Shown one piece after another: positions 48,481 to 58,929 of a stretch of DNA of 64,000 bases. The notes under the pieces were generated by a model. The model saw only the letters and a program-made list of their open reading frames with translations, did not search any database and was not told the origin of the DNA. Source of the DNA: Candidatus Campbellbacteria bacterium GW2011_OD1_34_28 (GTDB taxonomy: Bacteria > Patescibacteriota > Minisyncoccia > Phycocordibacterales > UBA12079); contig CP011215.1 in assembly GCA_001029775.1 (NCBI GenBank), positions 123,187 through 187,186 of the forward strand. Reading direction: 5' to 3'. The translations under genes were made by a program, and so were the position numbers. The stretch's first letter is position 1; each line of letters starts with the position of its first letter.

Positions 48481-49065
48481 TTAGTAACTCGTCGTCTTAA
48501 ATTCTACTCGGCCTTTTGAGACCTCTATCACCACACCCTGCGGGGAAAGTGATTTCGGACGATACCGAAAAACGACGGCGCGACAAGTGGGGAGAAGAAC
48601 AAAATAACGATAATGTTCGGCAATCACCTGCAATAAGCCTTTTTCATTTCCACTCCTTAAATCACTTGTGCTGTAAAGTTCGTCAGGAAAAAAATAACAG
48701 GAATCGACAAAATCATTCCATAGGTTTTTGGGACAATTATCCGCGTTTGAAACCAAATCATCTAATTTTGTTACCTGAAGAATTTCAGAGTTTCTCGGCA
48801 ATCCGCCAAAAAGAACAAATCCGTCAAACACGACAAGGGTTCTTGTTTCACGATAGTCTATCGGCAAAACAACCTTATCCCACGGCAAATGAACAATGAC
48901 ATCAGTTTCTTTAGCTCGCTCAACCAAAGCTTTTCCGTGCGCTTGTTCGTACAACAAATGATGTGCATACATTTTGTTATTATCCACTATTCTCTCCTTT
49001 TCAAAGATTGAGTAAAAACAATTATTTCCTCCCAAAACAATAATACAACAACCACAGCAAGTCAA
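48481..49065 (-). CDS. Hypothetical protein (true start probably ~48987)
   Basis: Long ORF; AAGGAG SD internal to the called 5' end. Confidence 0.6.
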   Translation of the reverse strand: MTCCGCCIIVLGGNNCFYSIFEKERIVDNNKMYAHHLLYEQAHGKALVERAKETDVIVHLPWDKVVLPIDYRETRTLVVFDGFVLFGGLPRNSEILQVTKLDDLVSNADNCPKNLWNDFVDSCYFFPDELYSTSDLRSGNEKGLLQVIAEHYRYFVLLPTCRAVVFRYRPKSLSPQGVVIEVSKGRVEFKTTSY

Positions 49066-49141
49066 GACTTTATACTTCCCCCCAAAACTGTTATATTTTT
49101 AACATCGTTTACTTTACAAACTTTATAAACTTTTAACTACC

Positions 49142-49726
49142 ATGCTTATTCCCACCGTTATAGAAAAATCACAATTTGGCGAAAGAGCCTACGACATCTA
49201 TTCTCGTCTTCTTCGAGAAAGAATTATTTTTATTGGAGGAGCAATAGATGATCACATGGCAAATATTATTATTGCCCAACTACTTTTCCTTGAATCAGAA
49301 GATCCTAAAAAAGACATCACTATTTATGTAAATACTCCCGGAGGACAAATCCAAGCAGGTTTGGCAATCGTGGATACGATGAATCATGTTAAACCAGATG
49401 TTTCTACTGTTTGTATGGGAATGTCAGCATCAATGGGAGCAGTTATTCTTTCACAAGGAACAAAAGGAAAGAGATACGCATTACCCAATTCCGAAGTAAT
49501 GATCCACCAACCACTAACAGGAGTAGAGGGACAAGCGTCAGATATTGAAATCACCGCAAAACATATTATTTCACTTAAAGACAAACTTTACGAAATGCTC
49601 GCAAAGGCAACAGGAAAAACAAAAACTCAAATTGAAAAAGATGGTGATAGAGATTATTGGATGTCAGCCGAAGAAGCAAAGAAATATGGAATCGTTGATT
49701 CTGTATTAAAACCAAAAAATAAATAA
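49142..49726 (+). CDS. clpP: ATP-dependent Clp protease proteolytic subunit
   Basis: [22 protein letters not shown]. Confidence 0.97.
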   Translation: MLIPTVIEKSQFGERAYDIYSRLLRERIIFIGGAIDDHMANIIIAQLLFLESEDPKKDITIYVNTPGGQIQAGLAIVDTMNHVKPDVSTVCMGMSASMGAVILSQGTKGKRYALPNSEVMIHQPLTGVEGQASDIEITAKHIISLKDKLYEMLAKATGKTKTQIEKDGDRDYWMSAEEAKKYGIVDSVLKPKNK

Positions 49727-49835
49727 AAAAAATGAGACGTCGGACGTCTCAATTTTTTTATTTATTTTAGAATTAGGTAAAAGTATTAGGATTTAAAAAA
49801 AACCGTCGCTGTGAACCAGCGGCGGTTTTAAATTT

Positions 49836-50192
49836 TTAGTGACTTATATAAACCAAACTAAATTTGTGATTTTCAAAAAAAGAAGATTTGCTAATCGGCC
49901 ACCAAAAGATACTGCCGATATTTGTCCAAACCATTCCGCCAGTAGAATACTTGCGACCACACTTAACGGGAATAATTTTCATCTCTTCGCCGTCTTTGTC
50001 TGGGCCAACAGCCACTTCACAGCAAAGACCATTTTCTCCTAAATCAGCCCCGTCATAAACATCTGCGGGTCCGATGACAACACAGTACCCTTTTCCGAAA
50101 AATCCTTTTGCTCTTCCAAAAAACAATACTTGTTTACCTTTGGGGACTCCCTCAACAGTGGGATGCCCCGACATTTGCTCGCCGATTTTCAT
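49836..50192 (-). CDS. Hypothetical protein
   Basis: 118-aa ORF with SD; downstream hairpin at 49795-49830. Confidence 0.6.
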   Translation of the reverse strand: MKIGEQMSGHPTVEGVPKGKQVLFFGRAKGFFGKGYCVVIGPADVYDGADLGENGLCCEVAVGPDKDGEEMKIIPVKCGRKYSTGGMVWTNIGSIFWWPISKSSFFENHKFSLVYISH

Positions 50193-50383
50193 TTGTCTCT
50201 TTCTCCATAAAAAAGATTATTAGAAATTCCATTTGCAACATTATCACAGCTGTGTTTATAATACAATAAATTATTAATAATAAGTTTTTTACTGAAATCT
50301 TAAACCATTTAAAAAACCACCCCCGCAACTTGCGTTGGGAGGTGGGTAATATAGATTAGCGGTAACAAATGAGCCTGGGATAT

Positions 50384-51034
50384 TTAATAAGGAAACGGCT
50401 CAGGTTTTGGTGGAGGAGGAGGGGGATAATAAGTATGTTTTTCTAAATATTTTATAGCCCCTGACAACAACACTTTGTTGTCACCCCCATCCCATTCATT
50501 TATTATCAAGCAATGACGACTCTTGTCGACGACTTTTTTTTGAGGGAAACAAATAACATAGTTTTCTATTTCCATCCATCCTAAAAGACCTTGTTTCTCT
50601 GTTTTCCATGGCTCTTTTATCCATGTTACAAAAATAGCCACGGGCTTTTGTTTATTTTTTTCAGCAAAATTCATGGCCCTATTTTTTAAATCATCTACAA
50701 AATAACAACCAACCTCTTTTTCTTCTAAGAATTGACGAAGTCGGTAGTCTCCATTCAAAGTCCAATCAATCCCTTCTGAACCGGGAAACTTAGGAGGATA
50801 ATATGTTCTTTCATCTGGATTATGCATGTGATATATCGTCATTTCCTGAATAACGCCCTTGGGACTTTGTCTACGAAGTCCTCCTTGGAAAACCGCAAAA
50901 AATCCTTCGTAAAAAACTCTCACTCCCCCCTTTTTTGGTCCCTTGTGCCTAAATAATCGCCTAGCATAAAACTCATCCAAGTGGCTGTCTTGATCGAGAT
51001 CCATTGAACTAACTAGTTTTATTGCGAAATGCAT
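50384..51034 (-). CDS. Hypothetical protein with Pro-rich C-terminus
   Basis: GGGAGGT SD; 216 aa. Confidence 0.65.
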   Translation of the reverse strand: MHFAIKLVSSMDLDQDSHLDEFYARRLFRHKGPKKGGVRVFYEGFFAVFQGGLRRQSPKGVIQEMTIYHMHNPDERTYYPPKFPGSEGIDWTLNGDYRLRQFLEEKEVGCYFVDDLKNRAMNFAEKNKQKPVAIFVTWIKEPWKTEKQGLLGWMEIENYVICFPQKKVVDKSRHCLIINEWDGGDNKVLLSGAIKYLEKHTYYPPPPPPKPEPFPY

Positions 51035-51290
51035 GACAATACCTCCCTGTCCTGTTAATTTTTTTCAAACTAATATTGTTGAATTTACTAGGTACTTTTC
51101 TGACAAAAATATATAATAAATATATTATCAAGTCAATCCTTTCTGTTTTTCATCAAAATTGTTAAGATTTTTGTATTCATTATTAACTGGATTGCTTCGC
51201 CTAACGACTCGCAAAGACGAATTTTGCCTTTGGCAAAATTCGTCCGTCGTTGCTATAGGCTATAAGCTATCCGCTATCAACTATAAATTT

Positions 51291-52211
51291 ATGCGTCACA
51301 TAATAGGTCACAAAAACCCCGACACCGACACAATCTGTTCAGCATTAGTCTACGCAGATTTTCTTAATCAAAAAGGCATCTCTGCCAAAGCATTTGCATT
51401 GGGTCCGTTAAACAAAGAAACAAAATTTGTTTTTGAAAAATTTGGAGAAAAAGATCCAGAGCATATTACAGAACTACCAAAAGGAACAGAAATTATTTTG
51501 TTGGATCATAACGAAGAAGGACAGAGTATTGATAATATAAAAGATTTGGATATTGTTGAAATCATTGACCACCACAAAGTAAAAATAGAAACCGACAAGC
51601 CAATTTCTATTTATATTGAACCGTTGGGATCTTCTTGTTCAATCATCGCAAAAAAATATTTTGAAACAAGAACAGAATTATCAAAAGTAAACGCGAGTTT
51701 GCTAATCGCTGGAATAATTTCCGATACTCTTTTCTTTCGCTCCCCTACTACCACTCAAATAGACAAAGATTTGGTAGAAAAATTAAACGAAATCGCCAGA
51801 ATTGAAGATTTAGAAAAATTTAGTCTTGAAATGTTTAATGCAAAAAGCGATTTAGGAAATATGCCTGTTGAGGAGATAATAAAATTGGATTATAAAATAT
51901 TTGAATTTGCTGGAAATAAATACGGAATTGGCGTAATGGAAACAACAAACAAAGGTTATGGTCTAAATAGAAAAGACGAAATAACAACCAAACTAAAAGA
52001 AATAAAAACAAAAGACGGATTAAAAGCAGTTTTCTTTTCAATTGTAGATATTTTAAATGAAGCAAGTTACACACTGACATCGGGGAATGAAGAAACAGAA
52101 ATGTTTACAAACATATTCGGAGCAGTAGAAAAAGAAGGAGCATTGTTTGTAGACAAATTGGTTTCAAGAAAAAAACAGGTTGTGCCGAGGTTTCAGGAAT
52201 ACATAAAATAA
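51291..52211 (+). CDS. ppaC: Manganese-dependent inorganic pyrophosphatase
   Basis: GHKNPDTD, DHNE, DHH, SRKKQ. Confidence 0.95.
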   Translation: MRHIIGHKNPDTDTICSALVYADFLNQKGISAKAFALGPLNKETKFVFEKFGEKDPEHITELPKGTEIILLDHNEEGQSIDNIKDLDIVEIIDHHKVKIETDKPISIYIEPLGSSCSIIAKKYFETRTELSKVNASLLIAGIISDTLFFRSPTTTQIDKDLVEKLNEIARIEDLEKFSLEMFNAKSDLGNMPVEEIIKLDYKIFEFAGNKYGIGVMETTNKGYGLNRKDEITTKLKEIKTKDGLKAVFFSIVDILNEASYTLTSGNEETEMFTNIFGAVEKEGALFVDKLVSRKKQVVPRFQEYIK

Positions 52212-52317
52212 AAAAGTGGGCTTTCGGAAAGCCCACTTTTTTATTTTAGAATTAGAAAATAGTATTAGAATTTAAAAAAACCCCACAGACATAATCTGTG
52301 GGGTTTAAACTTTATGG

Positions 52318-52839
52318 TCATCTACGGACAGCCGCAAAGTGATGACTTCGCCAACAACAATCTCTTCCGTGATACTCGTCATAATCTTCCACCAAATTGA
52401 CGCAGGAGAACCCTCCTTCAGCAAGCACTGACAAAACATATTTCCTTCCACAAAAAACTTTTATCGTTCCCAGAGCCATAATCGATATTGTTCCCATTTT
52501 TTTTACATTTAAACAGAGAACTTCATAAGCTGTTGCTGGACGATAACCAGCCAAATGCATTTCGAGAATAGCCTGCTGAGAGACTATCTCCTTGCTGAAA
52601 CGAAATAATGCTATTTTTTTTACTTCTGCTTTGTGAATTTCCTCTTGTTGTAACAAACCAACTATATGAGGATTGAAATGAGAGTGACCCCCTTTCTTAA
52701 TAAGATCTTCAATACTTTTTTTCTTAACAATCACAGAAAAAATACTCGTAATCATAACCTTCTCCCTATTTAAATTTAAAGAACTTTTCTGTTTTCGTCT
52801 TTTTAGACTCATCAGGTAGGACACACATCCTACTAACAA
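52318..52839 (-). CDS. Hypothetical protein (likely start MITSIF at ~52755)
   Basis: GYRPATAYE...W....HFAAVR; GGGAGAAGG SD. Confidence 0.65.
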   Translation of the reverse strand: MLVGCVSYLMSLKRRKQKSSLNLNREKVMITSIFSVIVKKKSIEDLIKKGGHSHFNPHIVGLLQQEEIHKAEVKKIALFRFSKEIVSQQAILEMHLAGYRPATAYEVLCLNVKKMGTISIMALGTIKVFCGRKYVLSVLAEGGFSCVNLVEDYDEYHGRDCCWRSHHFAAVRR

Positions 52840-52878
52840 GGGAGATTTTTAAGAGATCTCCCGAACTCTTTTTAGGAA

Positions 52879-53139
52879 CTAGTCCTTTAGAACTTTTTTC
52901 AGAAGAGAAATTATTTTCTCTAAATTGACGCATTCACCAAGAGAGAACAAATGACCTTTTTCATATTTGAAATGGTATTTACCAAACTGGCAAAACTTTT
53001 CTACATCTACACCCTCTTCTTCAAGGATAACTTGAAGATAGACAATCCAGTTAGGATTTTTTTCATAACAAGTAAGACAATTGCAATCAGAAATGTTATT
53101 TCTTAATTTTTCTTCCAATCTTTCTATTTTGGTTGTCAT
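52879..53139 (-). CDS. Hypothetical protein with CxCxxC motif
   Basis: AAGGAG SD; CNCLTC. Confidence 0.55.
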   Translation of the reverse strand: MTTKIERLEEKLRNNISDCNCLTCYEKNPNWIVYLQVILEEEGVDVEKFCQFGKYHFKYEKGHLFSLGECVNLEKIISLLKKVLKD

Positions 53140-53285
53140 GGCTAGCTCCTTTTTTTATTTTTAATTTGAGAGTTAATCTCCCTTAACTTATCTGACAATA
53201 GTTTAGCATAGTTTGTCAACCCTGTGTTAAATATGTCAACTTTTTTAGAATTAAAAAATTTATGTAAAAATAAATGGCTTTAATA

Positions 53286-53313
53286 TTGACTTTTTTAATC
53301 AATTTGGTATGAT
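53286..53313 (+). promoter_or_regulatory. Sigma70-type promoter of the trmB-like gene
   Basis: TTGACT-16 nt-TATGAT with extended -10 TG. Confidence 0.55.
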
Positions 53314-53347
53314 ATATTTGTTGACATAATTAGCGACAAAATAAAAT

Positions 53348-54088
53348 ATGTCTTTACTAAATGAATTAAAAGAAGCCGGTTTAAGCATTAACGAAGCCAA
53401 AGTATATTTGGCATCTTTAGAATTGGGTGAATCCACAATTGTCAGAATCTCACAAAAATCAAAGGTTAAAAGAGCCACTGTATATCTAGCAATTGATTCC
53501 CTAAAAGAGCAGGGTTTGATAAGTTTTACTAAAAGAAAAAATAAAACCTTGTTTTTTGCAGAAGATCCAAGAAAACTTCAAGAAAAAATAGAAGAAAAAA
53601 AAGAAAAGATAGCAAAAATAATGCCGGAATTGTTATCCTTTAGTAACCTGATTGATAAAAAACCAAAAATTAAATATTTTGAAGGGAGAGAACCTGTTAA
53701 AGAAATTTTTAGAGATCTTTTAAATTATCCAAATCAAGAACTTATCGGATGGTTTCCAGACCAATCTTATTGGCTGGGTGATGATTTTTTTAGCGATTAT
53801 TTTATTCCAAAAAGAATGGCGAAAAAAATTTGGATTAGAAGTATCGCCCCAATAACCGATTACAACAAAAAATTTGCAGAGCTTGGCAAAAAACAACTCA
53901 AAAAAACCAGATTTGTTGATAACGACAAATACAACATTCATATTCAAATCCTTGTTTATGGAAAAAACAAAATTGCAATCATATCCTATACCGAAGAAAT
54001 TGGATTGATTATAGAAAGTAAAAATATTTATGAAGCACTAGAAAGTATCTTTAATGTTATGTGGGAGAGCCTACCAGAAGGAAAATGA
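53348..54088 (+). CDS. TrmB-family transcriptional regulator
   Basis: GLSINEAKVYLASLELG...RATVY wHTH; KPKIKYFEG. Confidence 0.9.
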   Translation: MSLLNELKEAGLSINEAKVYLASLELGESTIVRISQKSKVKRATVYLAIDSLKEQGLISFTKRKNKTLFFAEDPRKLQEKIEEKKEKIAKIMPELLSFSNLIDKKPKIKYFEGREPVKEIFRDLLNYPNQELIGWFPDQSYWLGDDFFSDYFIPKRMAKKIWIRSIAPITDYNKKFAELGKKQLKKTRFVDNDKYNIHIQILVYGKNKIAIISYTEEIGLIIESKNIYEALESIFNVMWESLPEGK

Positions 54089-54166
54089 GGATAGTTTTTA
54101 GTAATTAGTTTTTAGTTTTTAGAATTTAAAAAAACCGTCGCTGTGAACCAGCGACGGTTTTTGTTT

Positions 54167-54515
54167 TTAAACTCTCTTACACCAATCCTTAAGTTTTTCC
54201 AAACGAAAGTTAGACGGTGTACCAAGATAAATATGAAAAGGTGGTATGTTTTTTTTAACGACCGATCCCGCACCAATGACGGAACAAGGACCAATTGTAA
54301 CACCAGGCAAGATTATACAACCAGCACCTATCCAAACACCGTGCTGAATAGTAATTTCATTAAATACATCTATATTTGAAACACCTTGTTGAGAAAACTC
54401 GTGTGTTACTCCCACAATACTACAATTAGGAGCAATCATAACACCCGAGGAAATATTGCATTTTTCCAAATAAGAACCAGCATTTACCTCAACCCGATCC
54501 TCTAAATAACTTTTT
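54167..54515 (-). pseudogene. 5'-truncated hexapeptide-repeat acyltransferase
   Basis: IQHGVWIGAGCIILPGVTIG.CSVIGAGSVV; the frame stays open upstream (KSYLEDRVEVNAGSY) into a palindrome with no start codon. Confidence 0.65.
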
Positions 54516-54750
54516 TTTAAAAACTTACAGGGACCGAGTCCCTGTAAGTTTTATAAAAAATAGACTTTTTCCGAAAAATTGTATAATATTGAATTATTAT
54601 TGAATTTAATTTGAAAAAACCCCGAAAGATAGAATCTACGGCTAAAGAGAACAAATAATATGATAAAAACTTTGAAAAATAACGGTCAAAATCTTCATAT
54701 AACAAGCCATATTTCTGGCACAATTCTAGCTTAAGCGGGTTTAATCGCTT

Positions 54751-56283
54751 ATGTCATCATTAACAATATTAATTCTTTTCACAGGACTGGCGGGTCTTGC
54801 GGGAATGGCTTTGGGATATTTCATCCGTTGGGCCATTACCTTTGGACAAAAAGGTTCTGCTGAATTGAAAATCCAACAAATGATGTTGGATGCCCAAAAA
54901 GAGGCAAAGAAAATAACTACCGAGGCGGAGGGAAAAGCTCACGAAATGGAAGAAAAGGTAAAAAAAGAGGCAAAAGAGAAAGAAACTCAATTGTCTAAAA
55001 CAGAAGAAAGATTAATCAAAAAAGAAGAATTGTTAGACAAAAGACAAACCGATTTGAAGAAAGAGGAAGAAGAAGCAAAGAGAAAACTGGAGAAAATAGT
55101 TCAAAACCAAGAAGATGTTGAGAAACTAAAAAAGGAAGAAGAGGAAAAATTGGCAAAGATCGCTGGAATGACAAAAGAAGATGCCAAGAAAATATTGATA
55201 GAGACATTGGAAAAGAATAGCGAAGAAGATATTCAGGTTAGAATGCAAAAATTGGAAATCGCTGGTGAAGAAAAACTTGAAAGAAAAGCTAAAGAAATCC
55301 TAACATCTGCAATTCACAGATTGGGAAATTCTGTTGCATCAGACGTTCTATCTACAACAATATCTATTCCGTCAGACGATATCAAAGGCAAGATTATCGG
55401 AAAAGAAGGAAAAAATATTCGTGCCTTTGAAAAAGTAACCGGTGTTGAATTGATCGTAGATGATACCCCAGGAGCAATTACAATCTCTTCTTTCAATCCA
55501 ATCAGAAGACAGGTGGCGAGAGTAGCATTGGAAGATTTGATCATAGACGGCAGAATTCAACCAGCAAGAATAGAGGAATTTGTAGAAAAAGCAAAAGAAA
55601 AGATAAACAAAATAATAAAAGAGAAAGGAGAGCAGGCAGTATACGAATGTGGTATTTACAATCTGGACCCAAGAGTAATCTCTATTTTGGGAAGACTACA
55701 TTTTAGAACCAGTTATGGTCAAAATGTTTTGCAACACTCGGTTGAAATGTCACATATCGCAGGAATGTTGGCAGAAGAATTGGGAGCAAATGTAGAAGTA
55801 GCAAAAACAGCCGCTCTTGTTCACGATATTGGAAAGGCGGTTGATCACGAAGTACAAGGAACACACACAGAAATCGGAAAGAGAATCCTTCAAAAATTCA
55901 ATTCAAACGAAGCGGTTATCAGAGCGATGGAATCTCATCACGAAGAAACGCCGTTTACAAGTATTGAATCTGTTATCGTCCAAGTGTCTGACGCCATCTC
56001 TGGCGGTCGCCCAGGAGCAAGAAGAGACACGGTAGAAAATTACCTGAAGAGATTGGAAGAATTGGAATCAATTGCAAATTCATTTCCAGGCATTGATAAA
56101 TCATACGCTTTGCAGGCAGGAAGAGAAATCAGAATATTTGTAAAACCAGAAGAAATCTCTGACATAGAAGCAAAGAAGTTGGCTAGAGAAATAGCATTAA
56201 AGATTGAAAAAGATTTGAAATATCCAGGAGAAATAAAGGTTAATGTGATAAGAGAATCAAAGGTGATAGAATACGCACGCTAA
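54751..56283 (+). CDS. rny: Ribonuclease Y
   Basis: N-terminal TM, coiled coil, KH (KGKIIGKEG), HD (HDIGK) domains. Confidence 0.97.
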   Translation: MSSLTILILFTGLAGLAGMALGYFIRWAITFGQKGSAELKIQQMMLDAQKEAKKITTEAEGKAHEMEEKVKKEAKEKETQLSKTEERLIKKEELLDKRQTDLKKEEEEAKRKLEKIVQNQEDVEKLKKEEEEKLAKIAGMTKEDAKKILIETLEKNSEEDIQVRMQKLEIAGEEKLERKAKEILTSAIHRLGNSVASDVLSTTISIPSDDIKGKIIGKEGKNIRAFEKVTGVELIVDDTPGAITISSFNPIRRQVARVALEDLIIDGRIQPARIEEFVEKAKEKINKIIKEKGEQAVYECGIYNLDPRVISILGRLHFRTSYGQNVLQHSVEMSHIAGMLAEELGANVEVAKTAALVHDIGKAVDHEVQGTHTEIGKRILQKFNSNEAVIRAMESHHEETPFTSIESVIVQVSDAISGGRPGARRDTVENYLKRLEELESIANSFPGIDKSYALQAGREIRIFVKPEEISDIEAKKLAREIALKIEKDLKYPGEIKVNVIRESKVIEYAR

Positions 56284-56289
56284 TAAATA

Positions 56290-56332
56290 AAGAAAAGAGC
56301 GACCTGCCAAGCAGGTCGCTCTTTTCTTTATT
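56290..56332 (+). terminator. Intrinsic terminator after rny
   Basis: AAAGAGCGACCTGC-CAA-GCAGGTCGCTCTTTT. Confidence 0.75.
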
Positions 56333-56639
56333 TATTAGCGAATTATTAATTTTAAATTATAAATTATAAATTACTTTAAATTACACCCAGATGACGAAAA
56401 AGTTCTTTAAATTTCTAATTATTTCAAAATTAGATACAGAACGAGGAGCAAGAACAAAATGGAAGAAGGCATATTTTTAATACGACGACTGATGTTTTGT
56501 GACCTGCCTGCCGGCAGGCAGGATTGCGACAAAGTTATGTGCTAATTTTGAGATAATTATCACCTATTGCACAAAAAATGGCTTAATATATAATAGTTAG
56601 TATAAATGGTTTTATTAGTAATTAATAAAAAATAAAAAA

Positions 56640-56912
56640 ATGAATAAACAAGCAATAGCAGAAGCTGTACAAGGAGTTCTTGGAGGAACAAAAGCTGATG
56701 CAGAAAGAGCAGTTGAAACAGTTTTTGATTCAATCGCCGAAGCTCTTAAAAGAGGAGACGATGTATCAGTAGCAGGATTTGGTATCTTCTCTGCAAAGAT
56801 GAGAGCAGCCAGAACAGCTAGAAATCCTAGAACAGGAGAATCAATTCAAGTTCAAGCAATGAGAGTGCCTAAATTCAAGGCAGGAAAAGGTCTAAAAGAC
56901 GCTGTTAAATAA
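56640..56912 (+). CDS. hup: HU family DNA-binding protein
   Basis: GFGIF...RTARNPRTGE...PKFKAGK. Confidence 0.96.
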   Translation: MNKQAIAEAVQGVLGGTKADAERAVETVFDSIAEALKRGDDVSVAGFGIFSAKMRAARTARNPRTGESIQVQAMRVPKFKAGKGLKDAVK

Positions 56913-57049
56913 CAGAGCTTTCCACTTAAAGAAAAAACCCAACATCCCGTTGGGTTTTTTCTTTTCTAAAATTAATTGACTTCATATATTAAAAAATGCT
57001 TGAATAGAATCCGGATACATATATAGAAAATTTAACATGGAGAAAGACA

Positions 57050-57256
57050 GTGCTGAAACTACAAAAAGGAGATGTAATAACATACGAGTCAGGAAGAATT
57101 GTAATCAGAAACAAAACAAAGACCGTGAGTTGGAATGACATATTCGACATTGGAGTCAATATAGATAAATTAAGGCAACTCTCAGAAATGATGGGATTTG
57201 CGGCAGGATACAACATAAAATTCTGCGAAAAAGACAGAGCCTTCATTGTTATATAG
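57050..57256 (+). CDS. Small hypothetical protein
   Basis: TTGACT promoter, GGAG SD, GTG start, terminator at 57267-57292. Confidence 0.55.
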   Translation: MLKLQKGDVITYESGRIVIRNKTKTVSWNDIFDIGVNIDKLRQLSEMMGFAAGYNIKFCEKDRAFIVI

Positions 57257-57386
57257 ACAAACCATCAAACCCCGCATCTCACGGGGTTTTTCTTTTTTAT
57301 AAATTTATATTTCATAAAAAAGCCCGTCGACAGTAAATCTGCTTTGACGGGCTTTTGTTTTTTCAATAATTTATTTATATGACAAC

Positions 57387-58076
57387 TTATTTGATCAGAG
57401 ATTCCTTGATCTGCAAAAGTTTAGACAGTTTATATGGGCAGTCATCAATTATGTATCCTAGAGGACTCATTCCACACGGCAAGGTAATCAAATCTCCATC
57501 CTGAAAATCTGAAACATCTTCCCTCTTTTCAATCCCCCATGAAATTCTTTTTCCGTTTCGATAAAATGGATATTTGGAGATATCAAATTGTGAAGCATCA
57601 AAGCTTATAACATCAATTGCGGATTTGAAAAGAATGTCCCAATCCATGTTTCCGCAACAATATACACCACGAACGACTGGAAAACTTGAAAATATAGCTT
57701 CCCACGCGTCCTCGAAATTGAATCCTGCCTGCCCCAAAGCTGGTTCGTCCAAAAAAAGAATAATTTCTTTGGCGTTTAAGCCATCCAAAATGGTTGAGAT
57801 GTGACGATAAATTATTTCCACCGCCTCATCTTCACTGCGCCCAATCATGATCAATGTTGCCGGCCCGATGCACTGCACTTTTACAGTAGAAAAATTATGA
57901 CGCTTGAACTCAGCCAAACAACTCATTTTTCCCGGCCGATTAATGTAATTCATAAAATCGTCTCCTAACCTAGGAAGCTCTGGGAAAAAGGGGATATCGT
58001 GGAACAAACTGTATGACACGGCCATACCAACGTCAATAAATGGCAAAGAACCAATCTGAGTGATGATCTTACGCAT
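57387..58076 (-). CDS. Short cobalamin-independent methionine synthase (MetE-like) core protein
   Basis: IGSLPF, PELP, KVQCIGPAT, FLDEPAL, YCCG, ISFDA, LPCG. Confidence 0.7.
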   Translation of the reverse strand: MRKIITQIGSLPFIDVGMAVSYSLFHDIPFFPELPRLGDDFMNYINRPGKMSCLAEFKRHNFSTVKVQCIGPATLIMIGRSEDEAVEIIYRHISTILDGLNAKEIILFLDEPALGQAGFNFEDAWEAIFSSFPVVRGVYCCGNMDWDILFKSAIDVISFDASQFDISKYPFYRNGKRISWGIEKREDVSDFQDGDLITLPCGMSPLGYIIDDCPYKLSKLLQIKESLIK

Positions 58077-58211
58077 TGTTGAAATCTCCTCGTTTTATTG
58101 TCAAAAAATATTATTGTACAAACAAACTGAATGTTGTGTTTGATAATAAAAGATACTACAAAACAAACTTGGTGTCAAAAACAAAAAAATAATTTGGTAA
58201 ATATTTTTCTT

Positions 58212-58929
58212 TGTGCGGATAGGACAGAAGAGAATCGGCGCCAGTTCTAAATATTTTGTTCGTCACTCGACAAGCTCGTGACTTCAAAATATTAAGAACT
58301 CGCTGCCTCGCTCGCCTGCCTGCCGGCAGGCAGGCTCGTGTTCGTCGGGCAAAGCCCTCCTCCATACTTCACTCGTTTCGATTCTCCCTATTCGCTACAA
58401 AAACCAAAGACCCAAAAGCTGCCGCTTTTGGGTCTAGGTTTTTGTGCGGATAGAATAGATGAGAATCGGTCACGAATCACTAAGTCTTTTGTTCACCCTT
58501 CACTTCGTTACGGGTTCCAAAAGTCTAAGTGTTCTCGACCCCGGCTCGCCTTCTCGCTTCGCTCGATATGGCTCCGCCTTTCGATTCTCCACGAAAAGCA
58601 AGCAGTTGCTTTTCTCTATCCGAACAGCACAAAGTGAAAACCACCCTATTCGGGTGGTTCACTTTGGCTGTGCGGATAGGATAGATGAGAATCGGTCTCC
58701 AGTTCTAAGTAAAAATTTCGTTTTCGCTTCGCTTCAACTCATTTTTACTAAGAACTCGCGACCCCGCTCGCTCAGATTTTTTCTCCACCCTGCCTCTTTT
58801 CTGAAAGAAAAGCAACGACACGGTAGGCAGGTTCGTTACGAAAAAATATACTTCGCTCGTTTCGATTCTCCCTATTCGCTACAAAAATATATTACGAAAA
58901 AGCTAGTCGCTTTTTCTCCATTATTTTTG
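58212..58929. repeat. Three-unit mosaic of tRNA-Gly 3'-end copies with cassettes B, A and B'
   Basis: TGTGCGGATAG..GAGAATCG at ~58212, ~58443 and ~58669; TTCGATTCTCC at ~58377, ~58580 and ~58861. Confidence 0.9.

Noticed and set aside
58212-58929. CRISPR or TIGR array interpretation of the tRNA-tail repeats
   Set aside because: Repeats alternate in orientation, units are over 200 nt and irregular, the interiors are themselves repeated, and no cas or Nop-domain gene is visible
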